Positions 20,024 to 30,249 are shown, counted from the first letter of the stretch. The stretch is 64,000 bases of DNA from Acidobacteriota bacterium (GCA_049967655.1 JBMFSH010000001.1:32001-96000); one strand, 5' to 3'. Numbers and translations are program-made. Notes: generated by a model not told the origin, from the letters alone.

Positions 20024-20119
20024 GCGCTTGCCCGAGGGCATTCCAGAGATGAGCCGCACTCTTGTTTCACCGGTTTCAGCCACCATCTATTGTACTGCAC
20101 AATCATTCAACACAACCTC

Positions 20120-20148
20120 TTGACTCCGGAAAAGATTGGGCTTATATT
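20120..20148 (+). promoter_or_regulatory. putative sigma70 promoter of the histone-like gene
   Basis: TTGACT-N17-TATATT in an AT-rich patch. Confidence 0.65.
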
Positions 20149-20223
20149 AGTACAAGCACCAGGTATGGTACATCCTGGACGGTGTCGGGCGAGTGGTGGT
20201 GGTTCTTGTATAAGGAGGACGTA

Positions 20224-20490
20224 ATGGTGGAGAAAGCCAAGACCAAGACGGCGACCCCCAAGCCTGCGGCCAAGAAGCCCGCGGCGAAGAAACCCGCTGT
20301 GAAGAAAGCCGCGGCCAAGAAGCCCGCGGCCAAGAAGGTCACCAAGGCCGCGGCGAAACCGGCCGCCAAGAAGACCGCCGTCAAGAAGACGACCACCAAG
20401 GCGGCCCCGAAGAAGACGGCAAGCAAGGCCGCCGCCAAGAAGACCACCGCGAAGAAGGCCGTGGCCAAGAAGCCCGCTGACAAGAAGTAA
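20224..20490 (+). CDS. histone H1-like Lys/Ala-rich DNA-binding protein
   Basis: 88 aa of KKPAA/KKTAA repeats; TAAGGAGG RBS. Confidence 0.85.
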   Translation: MVEKAKTKTATPKPAAKKPAAKKPAVKKAAAKKPAAKKVTKAAAKPAAKKTAVKKTTTKAAPKKTASKAAAKKTTAKKAVAKKPADKK

Positions 20491-20545
20491 TCGGTAGGCC
20501 CATGTGGTGGCCCGTCGCCTCACGGCGGGCCACCTCCGTTTCTTG

Positions 20546-20576
20546 AAAAAAGGCGGCCCCGAGCGGGCCGTTTTTT
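20546..20576. terminator. intrinsic terminator, likely bidirectional
   Basis: AAAAAA-GGCGGCCC-CGAGC-GGGCCG-TTTTTT. Confidence 0.75.
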
Positions 20577-20628
20577 CGCGGTGCGCCGATCGCTCCGCGA
20601 TGTCCCCGCGGGCCGGAACAGGTGACGA

Positions 20629-22431
20629 ATGCTGGATCATCCGCCTCAGCCTCCGCCCTCGCGGCCCGGATGCTATATTTTTCGGGACGCAAAGAAGCGG
20701 CCGCTTTACGTGGGCAAAGCGAAGAACCTTCGGGCGCGGGTATCCAGCTACTTCCAGTCCGAGGTGCCCCACAAAATACGCCGCCTGAGGCAGCAGGCGG
20801 TGGACCTCGAGTTCATCGTCACGGCGAGCGAGTGGGAGGCCTTCCTCCTCGAAAACAACCTGATCAAGCAGTTCAAACCCCGCTTCAACACGCTCCTCAA
20901 GGACGACAAGACCTATCCCTACGTCAAGCTGACGGTGAAGGACCGTTACCCCAAGGCGGTCTTCACGCGCCGGCCCGAGAAGGACGGCGCGCTCTACTAC
21001 GGGCCCTTCGTGCCCGGCTGGCAGGCCAAGAAGAATCTGCGGATCCTCCAGGAGCACTTCCGCGTGGTCACCTGCAAGGACCCGCTCGACGGCTCCCGGC
21101 TCCGTCCCTGCCTCTACTACGAGATGGGACAGTGCTATGCCCCCTGCATCAAAGGGAGGGTGCCGCCCGACCAATACGCGGCCGTCGTGGAGGAGGCCAG
21201 GCTCTTCTTGGAGGGGCGGACGGCCGACCTGCGCAAGGAGCTCCACCATCGCATGCTGAGCGCTGCGCAGCGCCAGGACTACGAGCAAGCCGCGCACTAT
21301 CGGGACCTCGAGCGGGCCGCGGAGTTCCTGGGCGGCCGTCAAGCGGTGGCCAGACCCGGCGAGGGGCACTGGGAGTATTTCGCCCTCTACGGGGGAGGCG
21401 AGGCCTGGGTGATCCACGGCTTCGTCGTGGTGGACGGCAAGGTGGTGGACCGGCGCCGCTGGCACTTCGACCAGGTGGAGCTTTCAGGCGAGGATCTGCT
21501 GGCTGCCGTGCTCACCCGCCTCTACGGGAACGTCTCGGTGCTGCCGGATGGGGTCGTGGTCTCCCACGAGTTCCAGGACCTGCCCCTGCTCGAGCGGTTC
21601 CTCTCCGAACGCAAAGGGAGGAAGGTCCGGGTGCAGAGGCCGCAGCGGGGCGAGAGGGCGGCGCTCATAGCCACGCTCGTGGAGAACGCGAGGCTGGAAT
21701 TCGACGCCCACGTGGCCCCCACCGCCGTTCTTGACCCCATCGCGGAAAGCCTGGGCTTGGAGGGACCGCCGAGGCGCATCGAGTGCTTCGACATCTCCCA
21801 CAGCCACGGCGAGGCCACGGTGGCCTCCTGCGTGGTCTGGGAGGAGGGGAGAATGCAGAAGTCCGATTACCGCCACTTCAACATCAAGTCGGTGGAGGGG
21901 ATCGACGATTTCGCCTCCATGGCCGAGGTCGTGGGGCGCCGCTATGTACGCCTCCTGGAGGAGGGCGGCGAACTCCCGGACCTGGTGCTCATCGACGGCG
22001 GCCCCGGCCAGGTCAACGCGGCCCACGCCGCGCTGCTCCGGCTTCTGCCGAACCCCCCGCCCATGGCGGGACTGGCCAAGCGCGAGGAGTGGCTCTTCCG
22101 GCCCCACGACCCGGCCCCCGTCGTTCTTCCCAAGGCGTCGCCCGCACTCCATCTTCTCCAGCAGATCCGGGACGAGGCCCACCGTTTCGCCATCGCCGCG
22201 CATCGTCGCCGCCGTTCGAAAGCACGGATGGCCTCGCCGCTGCTCGGCGTTCCCGGGATCGGCCCTATGACCGCGAAGAAACTGCTGAGGGCCTTCCTCA
22301 CCACCGCCGCCGTCAAGGAGGCCACCGAGGAGCAGCTCATCCGGGCGGTGGGGAAGGCCGCGGCGCGCAAGGTCACGGCGTGGGCGAAGCGGGAGAGCGA
22401 GGGGAAGGATCGCACGGTGGAGGCAGAATGA
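20629..22431 (+). CDS. uvrC: excinuclease ABC subunit C
   Basis: PGCY..YVGKAKNLRARVSSYF GIY-YIG, LKDDKTYPY, RIECFDISH, DDFASM, LIDGG, QIRDEAHRFA, HhH. Confidence 0.97.
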   Translation: MLDHPPQPPPSRPGCYIFRDAKKRPLYVGKAKNLRARVSSYFQSEVPHKIRRLRQQAVDLEFIVTASEWEAFLLENNLIKQFKPRFNTLLKDDKTYPYVKLTVKDRYPKAVFTRRPEKDGALYYGPFVPGWQAKKNLRILQEHFRVVTCKDPLDGSRLRPCLYYEMGQCYAPCIKGRVPPDQYAAVVEEARLFLEGRTADLRKELHHRMLSAAQRQDYEQAAHYRDLERAAEFLGGRQAVARPGEGHWEYFALYGGGEAWVIHGFVVVDGKVVDRRRWHFDQVELSGEDLLAAVLTRLYGNVSVLPDGVVVSHEFQDLPLLERFLSERKGRKVRVQRPQRGERAALIATLVENARLEFDAHVAPTAVLDPIAESLGLEGPPRRIECFDISHSHGEATVASCVVWEEGRMQKSDYRHFNIKSVEGIDDFASMAEVVGRRYVRLLEEGGELPDLVLIDGGPGQVNAAHAALLRLLPNPPPMAGLAKREEWLFRPHDPAPVVLPKASPALHLLQQIRDEAHRFAIAAHRRRRSKARMASPLLGVPGIGPMTAKKLLRAFLTTAAVKEATEEQLIRAVGKAAARKVTAWAKRESEGKDRTVEAE

Positions 22432-22682
22432 CCGCCCCGCATGATGGCGCGGGGGGCGCCGGGCCGGAGGTGCCTCGGGGGGCCTGCCCGATCTGCGGCG
22501 CCTCTTCACCGATCTTCACGCTGACGTGCCCGGTGTGCGGCTACTCGCGATTTCCCCAATCGGCAGGAGGCGACCCGCGCCATCCCGTGCGCAGGCTGTG
22601 GCTAGCCCTTGCCGTGGCCATCGCGGGGCTCCTGCTCTCCTTCTGCGTTCTCTACCTGGCCGTGCTCTCCCTCCGGCGGTGA
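22428..22682 (+). CDS. small zinc-ribbon membrane protein
   Basis: CPICG...CPVCG plus C-terminal TM helix; ATGA overlap with uvrC. Confidence 0.6.
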   Translation: MTAPHDGAGGAGPEVPRGACPICGASSPIFTLTCPVCGYSRFPQSAGGDPRHPVRRLWLALAVAIAGLLLSFCVLYLAVLSLRR

Positions 22683-22777
22683 TCCCCTGGGGAAGGGGCC
22701 GCCGCGATCCTCCGCCGCGATCCTCCCTCCCGCCGAGGCGGTGCATCCTTTACAATGGGCCACGAAAGGCTGCGAGG

Positions 22778-23557
22778 ATGCGGGCATTCTTGGCCAGGCT
22801 CAAGGCGCGAACGGTGGAGCTGAACTACGGACGCGAGGTGATCGCGGGCATGGCTCGCCGCCACGCGCAAGACACCGGCGAGGGAGAGCTGAACATCCTC
22901 GACATCGGCCTGGGAACGGGAGCCGATCTCCTGAACGTGGCGAAGTCTTTGGGCCATCGTCACGCGAGGCTCTTCGGTCTGGAGAGCCATCCGCCCCACG
23001 TGGAAGCGGCGAGGGCCTTGGGCGTGGAGGTGCGCCAGGCGGACGTTGAACGCAGCGCCTTTCCCTTCGAGGCGGCCTTCCTGGACGTGGTTCTGGCGAA
23101 CCAGGTGCTGGAGCACACCAAGGAGATCTTCTGGATCGCCTCGGAGGTGTCCCGGGTTTTGAAGCCGGGGGGCCTCTTCATCGTTGGGGTTCCCAATCTG
23201 GCCTCGCTCCACAGCCGCCTCATGCTGGGCCTGGGGATGCAGCCGAGCCCCATCGACGTGCTGGGACCCCACGTGCGCGGCTTCACGAAGCCGGGGTTCC
23301 GGCGCTTCATTGAGGCGGACGGCTACTTCCGCGTGGTCGAGGTGGGGGGATCCAACTTCTACCCTTTCCCCAAATACCTCGCCGGACCGCTCGCCCACCT
23401 GTTGCCAGGCTTTGCGGTGAGCCTCTTCTTCTGCTGCCAGAGGACCGGCAAGGCGGGCCGCTTCCTCGACGTTCTGGAGAGTCGGTTCTTCGAGACCCCC
23501 TACTACCGGGGCGATTCGCCCTGTCCGGTGCCGCCGGCCGCCAACCAGCGGCCGTAG
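22778..23557 (+). CDS. class I SAM-dependent methyltransferase
   Basis: ILDIGLGTG, FPF, NQVLEH, RVLKPGG, VPN. Confidence 0.88.
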   Translation: MRAFLARLKARTVELNYGREVIAGMARRHAQDTGEGELNILDIGLGTGADLLNVAKSLGHRHARLFGLESHPPHVEAARALGVEVRQADVERSAFPFEAAFLDVVLANQVLEHTKEIFWIASEVSRVLKPGGLFIVGVPNLASLHSRLMLGLGMQPSPIDVLGPHVRGFTKPGFRRFIEADGYFRVVEVGGSNFYPFPKYLAGPLAHLLPGFAVSLFFCCQRTGKAGRFLDVLESRFFETPYYRGDSPCPVPPAANQRP

Positions 23558-23658
23558 GAGCGCTCTCCAGAGCGCGATGATCCCTTCGACGCCAGGGGTC
23601 GTGAAGATCGAGAGAACTCCTCGTCTCCTTCGGGCTGCGCTCTCGCCGCTTCTTCTCG

Positions 23659-26088
23659 TCAGCGCCTCGGCGTGCCCTTCGATGCGGCTCCGCGGCGGGC
23701 GCGCTTGCTCGGCCGCCTGGGCGCGGCGAGGGCTTCGAGCTTGGCCACGCGGTCTTCCAGGGTGCGCCTTTCCTCGCGCAGCTTCTCCAGATCGCCCCTG
23801 AGCCTGACGATCTCCTCGCCCTTGCTCTTGCCCTCGCGAAGCGCTCTGGCGATGTCCCGGGCGTTCATGCGGATGCGCCCGTCCACCTCGCGCTGGCCGA
23901 TCCTCTCCAGCTCGGTGGCGGCGGCGGGCTCGTCGAGGAGTTCGAGGGCAATCATGGCCCCGAACTTGGCAAAGAAGTTGGCGTCGTAAAGGTAGCGTTC
24001 CAGCTCCTGGCGCACGTCGAAGCGCTGGGGCTCCCTTCCGCGGGCCATGGCGGCCATGGCCCGCATGGCGGCTATGCGTCCCTGGGGCCGGCCTCCGGGC
24101 GCGGCGCAGGCCCTGAGCAGGGGCCACGCCCGATCATCCCTCAGGCGCATCAGCCCCGAGAGCGCCCCCGCACGGATCACGTCCAGGTGGCTCTCCTTCC
24201 GGACCGCTTTCTCCAATGCGTCGAAGGCCAAGGTTTGGCGCGTGGCGCCGAGGGCGGCGGCCGTCTCCACGCGCGCGCCCCAGAAGGGGTCGCGCTGGAG
24301 CGCATAGCCGACGGCCTCCAGCGCTTCGCGGCTCCCCTCCCTGCAGATGGACTGGGCGGCTTCGACGCGCCCGAACCAGTCGGGATCCTTGACGAGCTGG
24401 GTCTTCAGCATCTCCTGGGGCTTCTTGAACGTGAGCTTCTTGAGGATGTGAAAGCCCGGATCGAAGCTCGCGAAGGCGGGCTTCTCCTCGAGCCGGAAGC
24501 TGAAGATCTGGTGGGCCTGGCGGACCTCTATCCGCTCCTCGACGGTCCTGCGTCCGTGGAAGCGGACCGTCACGGGCGAACGGAACACGGGCGTCTTCTC
24601 GTCCACCTTCTGCTTCTGGTCCACCGTGAGGGTGGCCGTCTTCCGCTTCTCGTCCCAGGCGTAGGCCACCTCGAATTCGGGGAAGCCCGCGCCGAACACC
24701 CACTGGTCGAAGAACCACTCCATGTTCTTTCCCGTCACCCGATTGATGACCCCGATGAGGTCCTCGGTCTGAACGTTCCGGCCGGCGAACTCGTGCAGGT
24801 AAGCCTGGACGCTCTGCCAGAAGGGCCCGTCGCCGAGCGCGTGACGGAGCATGTGGAGGACGAGGCCCCCCTTCTCGTAGATGTGCTGGTCGAAGAGCTC
24901 CATGGGCAGCGTGTAGGCCTTCGTGACGATGGGCCTCCTCTCGGAGCGGTCGCGCTCGAAGTAGCTCTGCATCTGCTGAAGACGGTGGTAACCCGCGTCC
25001 TCTTCTCCGCGCCAGTGTTCGCGGTAGACCACCTCGGAGAAGGTGGCGAAGCCCTCGTTCAGCCAGGCGTGGGACCAGTCCTTGCACGTGACCAGGTCCC
25101 CGAACCACTGGCGGGCCAGCTCGTGGCTGACCAGGTCCTGCGGCTCGTAGTCGAGGGCCGCGCGCTCGTCCATGAGGCACCGGTCAATGAGCGTGGTGGC
25201 GCTGATGTTCTCCATGCCGCCGAAGATGAAATCCTCCACCACCACCTGGCTGTATTTGGGGTAGGGGTAGGCGTAGCCGAAGGTCTCGGAGAAGTGGTCG
25301 AGCATGTCCGGCGTCAGGGAGAAGGCGCGCCTGGCCTGCTTCTCTTTCCCCGGCTTGACGAAGTACTGGACGGGAGTCCCGCGCCAGGTGTCCTCGATCT
25401 TGGCGAACTCGCCGCAGGCGATGGAGATGAGGTAGCTGACGTGAGGCACCTCCATGCGGTGGTGCCAGGTCTTGGTCCTTCTCATGCGGTCGCTCGTCAC
25501 GCCCACCAGAGCGCCGTTACCCACGACGGTCCAGCTCTCGGGCACCGTCACGAGGGTTTCGGAGGTGGCCTTCTCGTTGGGGTAGTCGAAGCAGGGGAAC
25601 CAGTGGCGGCTGTCCTCGTCCTACCCCTGGCTCCACACCTGCACGGCCGTATCGGGGCAGGCCTCGGAGGGGCCCGTGAAATAAAGGCCCGAGCGGGGGG
25701 TGCCATGGTAGCGCACGCAGACCTCGGCGGGGTGGCCGGCCTCCAGCGGCTTCGGAAAGGCGACCCTGAGCTTCTCCCCGTCGCAGTCGAAGGGTAGCGC
25801 CCTGCCCTTGCCGTCGGTCACCCCCTCCACCGTGAGCTCCACGCAGTCGAGCACGAGGTGATCGAGGCCGTCGCTGAGGGGGGAGATGATATGGGTCGCG
25901 GTGCCGTGCACGACCTTGTCAGCTAGATCGAAGGAGAGATCGAGCTTGATGTGCAGCACGTCCACGAGCTTGTCGGGGGCATAACTCCTGCCCTCGGGGG
26001 GTGGCGTGGCGCCCGCCTTCAGCCTGCCGCCCTCGGATTCGCCGGTGTACCGGCCGATGAACTAGGTCCCCCTCCTGAGAAGGGTCAC
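23659..26088 (-). pseudogene. pepN: M1 family aminopeptidase N with HEAT-repeat tail, interrupted by two in-frame TAG codons
   Basis: AGGAGG RBS and GTG at 26088; TAG at 26062-26064 and 25621-25623 in frame (WSQG*DEDSRHWFPCFD); GGMEN, HELARQWFGD, WLNEG, YEKG; ORFs 25621-25965 and 23659-25551 share the frame. Confidence 0.85.
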
Positions 26089-26161
26089 GTCGTCCTCCTA
26101 GCGATGGGCGGCGGAACCTTCCGCCGTCAGGCTCCGTCGAACGAACTCGCGCACTGCTCCG

Positions 26162-28174
26162 TCAGGGGCCCGACAACCAGGAGGCCGTGGCCTCGTTCCG
26201 GAAGGGATCGACTGCCTGGACCGCGATCCAGTGCTGGCCCGACGGAGGATAGGTCACGACGTAGCTTCTCGACCGGCTCCCCTCTTCCCCTGCGACGGCT
26301 TCGAGCGTCTGCCAGCTCTTCCCGTCCACGCTGGCGCGGACGGCCTCGACGGCGGTGTTGTCCGTGACGTGCACCGAGAGCCTGCCTGCTCCATCCGGCT
26401 TGAGCTCGATGAGGGGAGGGGTGTTGTCCACGCGAAAATCGGGCAGATCGAGGACCGTGCTCAGACCCTGCCCCTCCGGGTTGGACAGGTCGTCGTCGGC
26501 CGTCAGCCGGATTCGGTACAGCCCGTCGGGAAGACCGCGGGCGTCGAAGTCGTAGTAGGAGTCCTTCACGTGCCGGGCCAGCGTGTACCAGGAGGCTCCG
26601 CCTTCGGGCCTGAACTCCACCTTCATCTCCACCGCGTCCCCGTCGTGATCCTCCACCTTCCAGGTAATCATCCGGAAGCCCTGAAGGAAGTACTTCTGCG
26701 GAGGGTTGTCCTGGCCGGGCGCGAGGGCGAGGCTTGGAAACATCCTGTCCTCGTCGTGGATCTCCCGCACCAGCCGGTCCCCGAGCTGGCTCGGGGAGCG
26801 CACGAAGATCTCGCCGGGCGGGTTGACCTGGGCGGAGACGAAGACCGGCGCGCGGTTGGCGTTGCGGTAGGCCAGGGAGACCCCTCGCACCGTGCTGCCT
26901 CCCGTCAGTTCGATCTTCCACTGGGCGTAGCGGGCCAGCGGAAGGGAGCCGGAGCGCTCGGAGGAGACCCAACCACTCCAGAAGGGCCCGGGTTTGGGGG
27001 TGTTCCCCGCGCGCACCTTCACCTGGGCGCCCGAGCCCATGAGCGAAACAACACCGAAGATGGAAGGGCCGCCGAGGTCGGCTACGGGCGAGGTGTACGT
27101 CTCGCCCGCGCCGGTGGAGGGCCTCAGGAAGGCGTTGGGATTCCCCGTCAGCACGACGGGCGGGCCATCGCCCCCGGCCAGGGCCGTTACCTGGGCATCC
27201 CCCCAGTGCGCGAGCAGCGCGACGTCCTGCCCGTCGGTCACCATCAGACGGCCGTCCGCCAGCCCCAGATAGCCCTCGCCTCCGGAGGAGGCGGCGCAGA
27301 GAACGGGAGTCTGGAAGCGCTCCACGGGCGTGGGAGGCTTGCCCTCCGACAACACGTACACGGTGGAGTTCCCGGAAGGCTTGGCGCTGCCCGCCTTCTC
27401 GCCGCCCGCCGCGGGTTGGCCCGCCTTGTCGTTGGCGCCTACGAAGAGGTCGCCGCCGCGGACGACCATGGCGGCCACCTCTTCCTGGTCCAGGCCGAAG
27501 GCCAGGAAGGCCTTGCCCCCCTCCATGCGGAAGAGGGAGGCCGGTCCGCTGGTGCCGGCCCAGACGGCGCCCTCCCATGGCACCAGACACCGCACGTGGT
27601 CCGCCGAGGCGTCGAGCACGAGCTCCGGCTCCCCCTTTTGGGGGATCCTGAAGACCCGGCCCGGTTTCCCCGTGGCGGCCAGGATGCCTTCGGGCCGGGG
27701 CAGGAGCGCCCACACGTATTCGGCCTTCAGCGCGGCCATCTGGGTGCACTTTCCCGTGGCCGGGTCGAACCGGTAGACCTTTGCCGGCGTCGAGGTTCCC
27801 ACCAACAGCTCGCCTGTGGGCAGAAGCGCGAGGGCTGTGACGAGCGGCTCGCCAAAGTGGTGGGCCACGGTCGGGCCCTTGCCTCCGGCGTCCACGCGCA
27901 GCAGGTCGCCGCTCGGAGCGGTGCCGACCCAGAGCGTTCCCCCCGCGCGAACGGCGCAGAGGGGCAATCCGGGCAGGTCCACCGAAGGCCCGAAGGCCGG
28001 TCCCTGGGCGAAGCTGCCGCTCGGGCTCACGCGCACGCCGTCGGGGTATCCCCGCCAGAGGTCCTGGGCCGAGGAGAGCAAGATCTTGGTTTGGGTGGCG
28101 CCGGCGCCGGCGGCGGCGAAGAGGGATAGCACGGTCAGCACGATCCACGGAACGGCTTTTTTATTTTGCTTCAT
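26162..28174 (-). CDS. secreted beta-propeller/Ig-like repeat protein
   Basis: signal peptide; repeated LWVGT/LLVGT/ILAAT/VWAGT blades; W..EDHDGD, LPDGLY, VDNTPP. Confidence 0.75.
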   Translation of the reverse strand: MKQNKKAVPWIVLTVLSLFAAAGAGATQTKILLSSAQDLWRGYPDGVRVSPSGSFAQGPAFGPSVDLPGLPLCAVRAGGTLWVGTAPSGDLLRVDAGGKGPTVAHHFGEPLVTALALLPTGELLVGTSTPAKVYRFDPATGKCTQMAALKAEYVWALLPRPEGILAATGKPGRVFRIPQKGEPELVLDASADHVRCLVPWEGAVWAGTSGPASLFRMEGGKAFLAFGLDQEEVAAMVVRGGDLFVGANDKAGQPAAGGEKAGSAKPSGNSTVYVLSEGKPPTPVERFQTPVLCAASSGGEGYLGLADGRLMVTDGQDVALLAHWGDAQVTALAGGDGPPVVLTGNPNAFLRPSTGAGETYTSPVADLGGPSIFGVVSLMGSGAQVKVRAGNTPKPGPFWSGWVSSERSGSLPLARYAQWKIELTGGSTVRGVSLAYRNANRAPVFVSAQVNPPGEIFVRSPSQLGDRLVREIHDEDRMFPSLALAPGQDNPPQKYFLQGFRMITWKVEDHDGDAVEMKVEFRPEGGASWYTLARHVKDSYYDFDARGLPDGLYRIRLTADDDLSNPEGQGLSTVLDLPDFRVDNTPPLIELKPDGAGRLSVHVTDNTAVEAVRASVDGKSWQTLEAVAGEEGSRSRSYVVTYPPSGQHWIAVQAVDPFRNEATASWLSGP

Positions 28175-29945
28175 CGCCGGTCTCCTTCACGGTGAAGGCG
28201 AGCTCCACCATTCCATCGGGAACCGAGTCCGCGGGTACGGCATCCTCCCAGAGCAGGCTCGCGGCCTCGGGAGGGGAGGCGTTCGCGGTGGGCTGCGCGG
28301 AGAGCAGTGCGGCCATCGAGGGCGGGAGCCCGCCCACCCGCCTGTGCTGGAGCAGGAGCCCCGGTTCGCGCGCCGCCAGGGCCACCCGCAGGTATTGGTC
28401 GGAGGGAAGATCCGCGAGCCTCTTGAGGAGATCCTTCGCGGAGTGGGGTACCTCGGCGAGGGAGCCGGCCATCTTCTGCTCCACGGCGAAGGAGCCGCCC
28501 ACCCAGAGGGTGATGGGGCCCGCCGGAAGCCCGGCCGTGGGAATCGAAAGCCGGATCACCCGGCTGGGTCTCTGAAAGGGCTGCAGCCGGACCGACAGAC
28601 CGAGGGGTTCACCCGCCGCCACCACGTCCCGGTCCAGCCAGGCGGTCTCCACGGTGGCCGAGCGGTTGTCGGCCATCTTCTCAAGGGTCATACGGATTCC
28701 CTTCAGGTGGACCTCGCCGTAAGGGTTGCCGCTGAGCAGGCCCAGGAGCGCGGAGAGGTAGTTGAAGGCATCCAGCGAGTAGGTGGGCCCCGCGAAGGCC
28801 TGGTCTTTGAGCCGCAGGGACGAGCCGTCCGAAAGCTCCAGGGTCAGCCCTCTCACGAGGATGGTCCGGACACCGGCCTGGCCCTCCGCGGAGTTCCACA
28901 GCGAATTCAGGGCGCCCGTGAGGAGCGCCGGAGTGAGGAGGGGGTGGCGCATCAGCTCGAAGTGGTAGTGCCGGTCGCCTCCGCCGGACCCCTGGATGGT
29001 GACCTCGACGGGCAGGGTGTGGGCACTCCCACCGAACCGGCCAAAGATGCCGGTCTTCCTGTCCTGAGTCACGACGCCGACGGGTCCGAGGGGGGTGGAG
29101 AGCTTGAAGCCGGCCTGGAGGCTCGGCACCGGAGTGACCACTCGGGCCGCCACCACCGGCATCTCGACACTGCCCAGGTTGAGGAAGGGGTGGCCAAAGG
29201 CCAGGAACTCATCTCCCTTCACCCACGAGACGGTGCCGAAGGCGGAGTACTGGACGTCGCCGGATACCAGCTGGACGGCGATCATGCCTCCGGGCCCGGG
29301 TGGCCGGGAGGGGGCGGACGGCGCCTTCCCATCCCCGCCCGTGCCGAAGCCCCCGCGGGCTGAGACGGACCACGTGAACCCCCGCTCCTGAAGCTGGTCC
29401 AGCAGTCGGCGCACAGAGCCCTCGGCGGCCAGCGGCTCCGCGGCGCCTCCGCCCTGGGCGCCTTCGAGAGCGGCCAGGAAGCCCGAGAGCGATTCCATCG
29501 GGCCGGCCCCCACGCTGGCGGTCGCTTTCTGGGCCGTGGTTTTCACTTCCAGCAGGTCCTGGGCGGGCGTGACGCCGCAGAGAGGTTCCTTGGAGAAGGG
29601 CCACGCGTAGGCCACGGCGCCCAGGAATTTCCCTTCGACGTACACGGGGCTGCCGCTCATGGCGGCCAGGACACCGGTTTTGATCAGGTCGTCTCCGTCC
29701 AGGCGGCAGACGATCATGCGCGTCATGGCCGCGCCCTGGTCCACCGTCCCGAGGATATGGACCCGGAAGGGTGAGACCGTCTCCCCGTGGAAGACGGTGA
29801 AGCCGGTGCCCTCGAGGCCGGCCCGGACCTCCGAGAAGGGGAGGACGGGCGCGTCGCGCGGCGGGGACTGGGCCAGAAGTGGAAGGGAAAGGGAGAGGAG
29901 CAGGGGGAGCAAAAACCAAATGCGGGCGAACAGTCTCGACTCCAT
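28161..29945 (-). CDS. SpoIVB-type peptidase S55 domain protein
   Basis: signal peptide; G.GFTVFHG, GVLAAMSGSPVY, GAVAY, AFGHPF, QDR. Confidence 0.88.
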   Translation of the reverse strand: MESRLFARIWFLLPLLLSLSLPLLAQSPPRDAPVLPFSEVRAGLEGTGFTVFHGETVSPFRVHILGTVDQGAAMTRMIVCRLDGDDLIKTGVLAAMSGSPVYVEGKFLGAVAYAWPFSKEPLCGVTPAQDLLEVKTTAQKATASVGAGPMESLSGFLAALEGAQGGGAAEPLAAEGSVRRLLDQLQERGFTWSVSARGGFGTGGDGKAPSAPSRPPGPGGMIAVQLVSGDVQYSAFGTVSWVKGDEFLAFGHPFLNLGSVEMPVVAARVVTPVPSLQAGFKLSTPLGPVGVVTQDRKTGIFGRFGGSAHTLPVEVTIQGSGGGDRHYHFELMRHPLLTPALLTGALNSLWNSAEGQAGVRTILVRGLTLELSDGSSLRLKDQAFAGPTYSLDAFNYLSALLGLLSGNPYGEVHLKGIRMTLEKMADNRSATVETAWLDRDVVAAGEPLGLSVRLQPFQRPSRVIRLSIPTAGLPAGPITLWVGGSFAVEQKMAGSLAEVPHSAKDLLKRLADLPSDQYLRVALAAREPGLLLQHRRVGGLPPSMAALLSAQPTANASPPEAASLLWEDAVPADSVPDGMVELAFTVKETGDEAK

Positions 29946-29993
29946 TCAACCTCCAAAACGCGCCCCATGATAACATGAGCGGCCCGTGCGGGT

Positions 29994-30024
29994 AGGGGAT
30001 AGGGGACAAGGGACAGGGGACAGG
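29994..30024. repeat. 7-nt short tandem repeat
   Basis: AGGGGAT AGGGGAC AAGGGAC AGGGGAC. Confidence 0.7.
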
Positions 30025-30120
30025 AAAGGACCACAGGTTCGCCTGCCGGTTTCTTTCGGCATCTCCCGGGGAGCGTTCGTATCAATGGGTGGAGGGTGGG
30101 GGGCCGGGGAAGGATCTTTT

Positions 30121-30175
30121 CCTCAATCCCCAATCCCCAATCCCCAATCCTCTGTGCCTCCGTGTCTCTCTGGTT
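30121..30175. repeat. 7-nt CCCCAAT repeat followed by an 8-nt repeat
   Basis: CCTCAAT (CCCCAAT)3 then CTCTGTGC CTCCGTGT CTCTCTGG. Confidence 0.75.
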
Positions 30176-30220
30176 TACTCTCTTCAATTCGCATTCCCAA
30201 TTCCCTCTTCCTCGAAAGCC

Positions 30221-30249
30221 TTGACAGTGGAAGCCTTTTATCGTAAACT
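30221..30249 (+). promoter_or_regulatory. sigma70 promoter of rplM-rpsI
   Basis: TTGACA-N17-TAAACT. Confidence 0.8.

Noticed and set aside
25621..25623. Genome-wide TAG reassignment
   Set aside because: TAG ends several conserved genes at their expected length (acpP, etfB, pilC).
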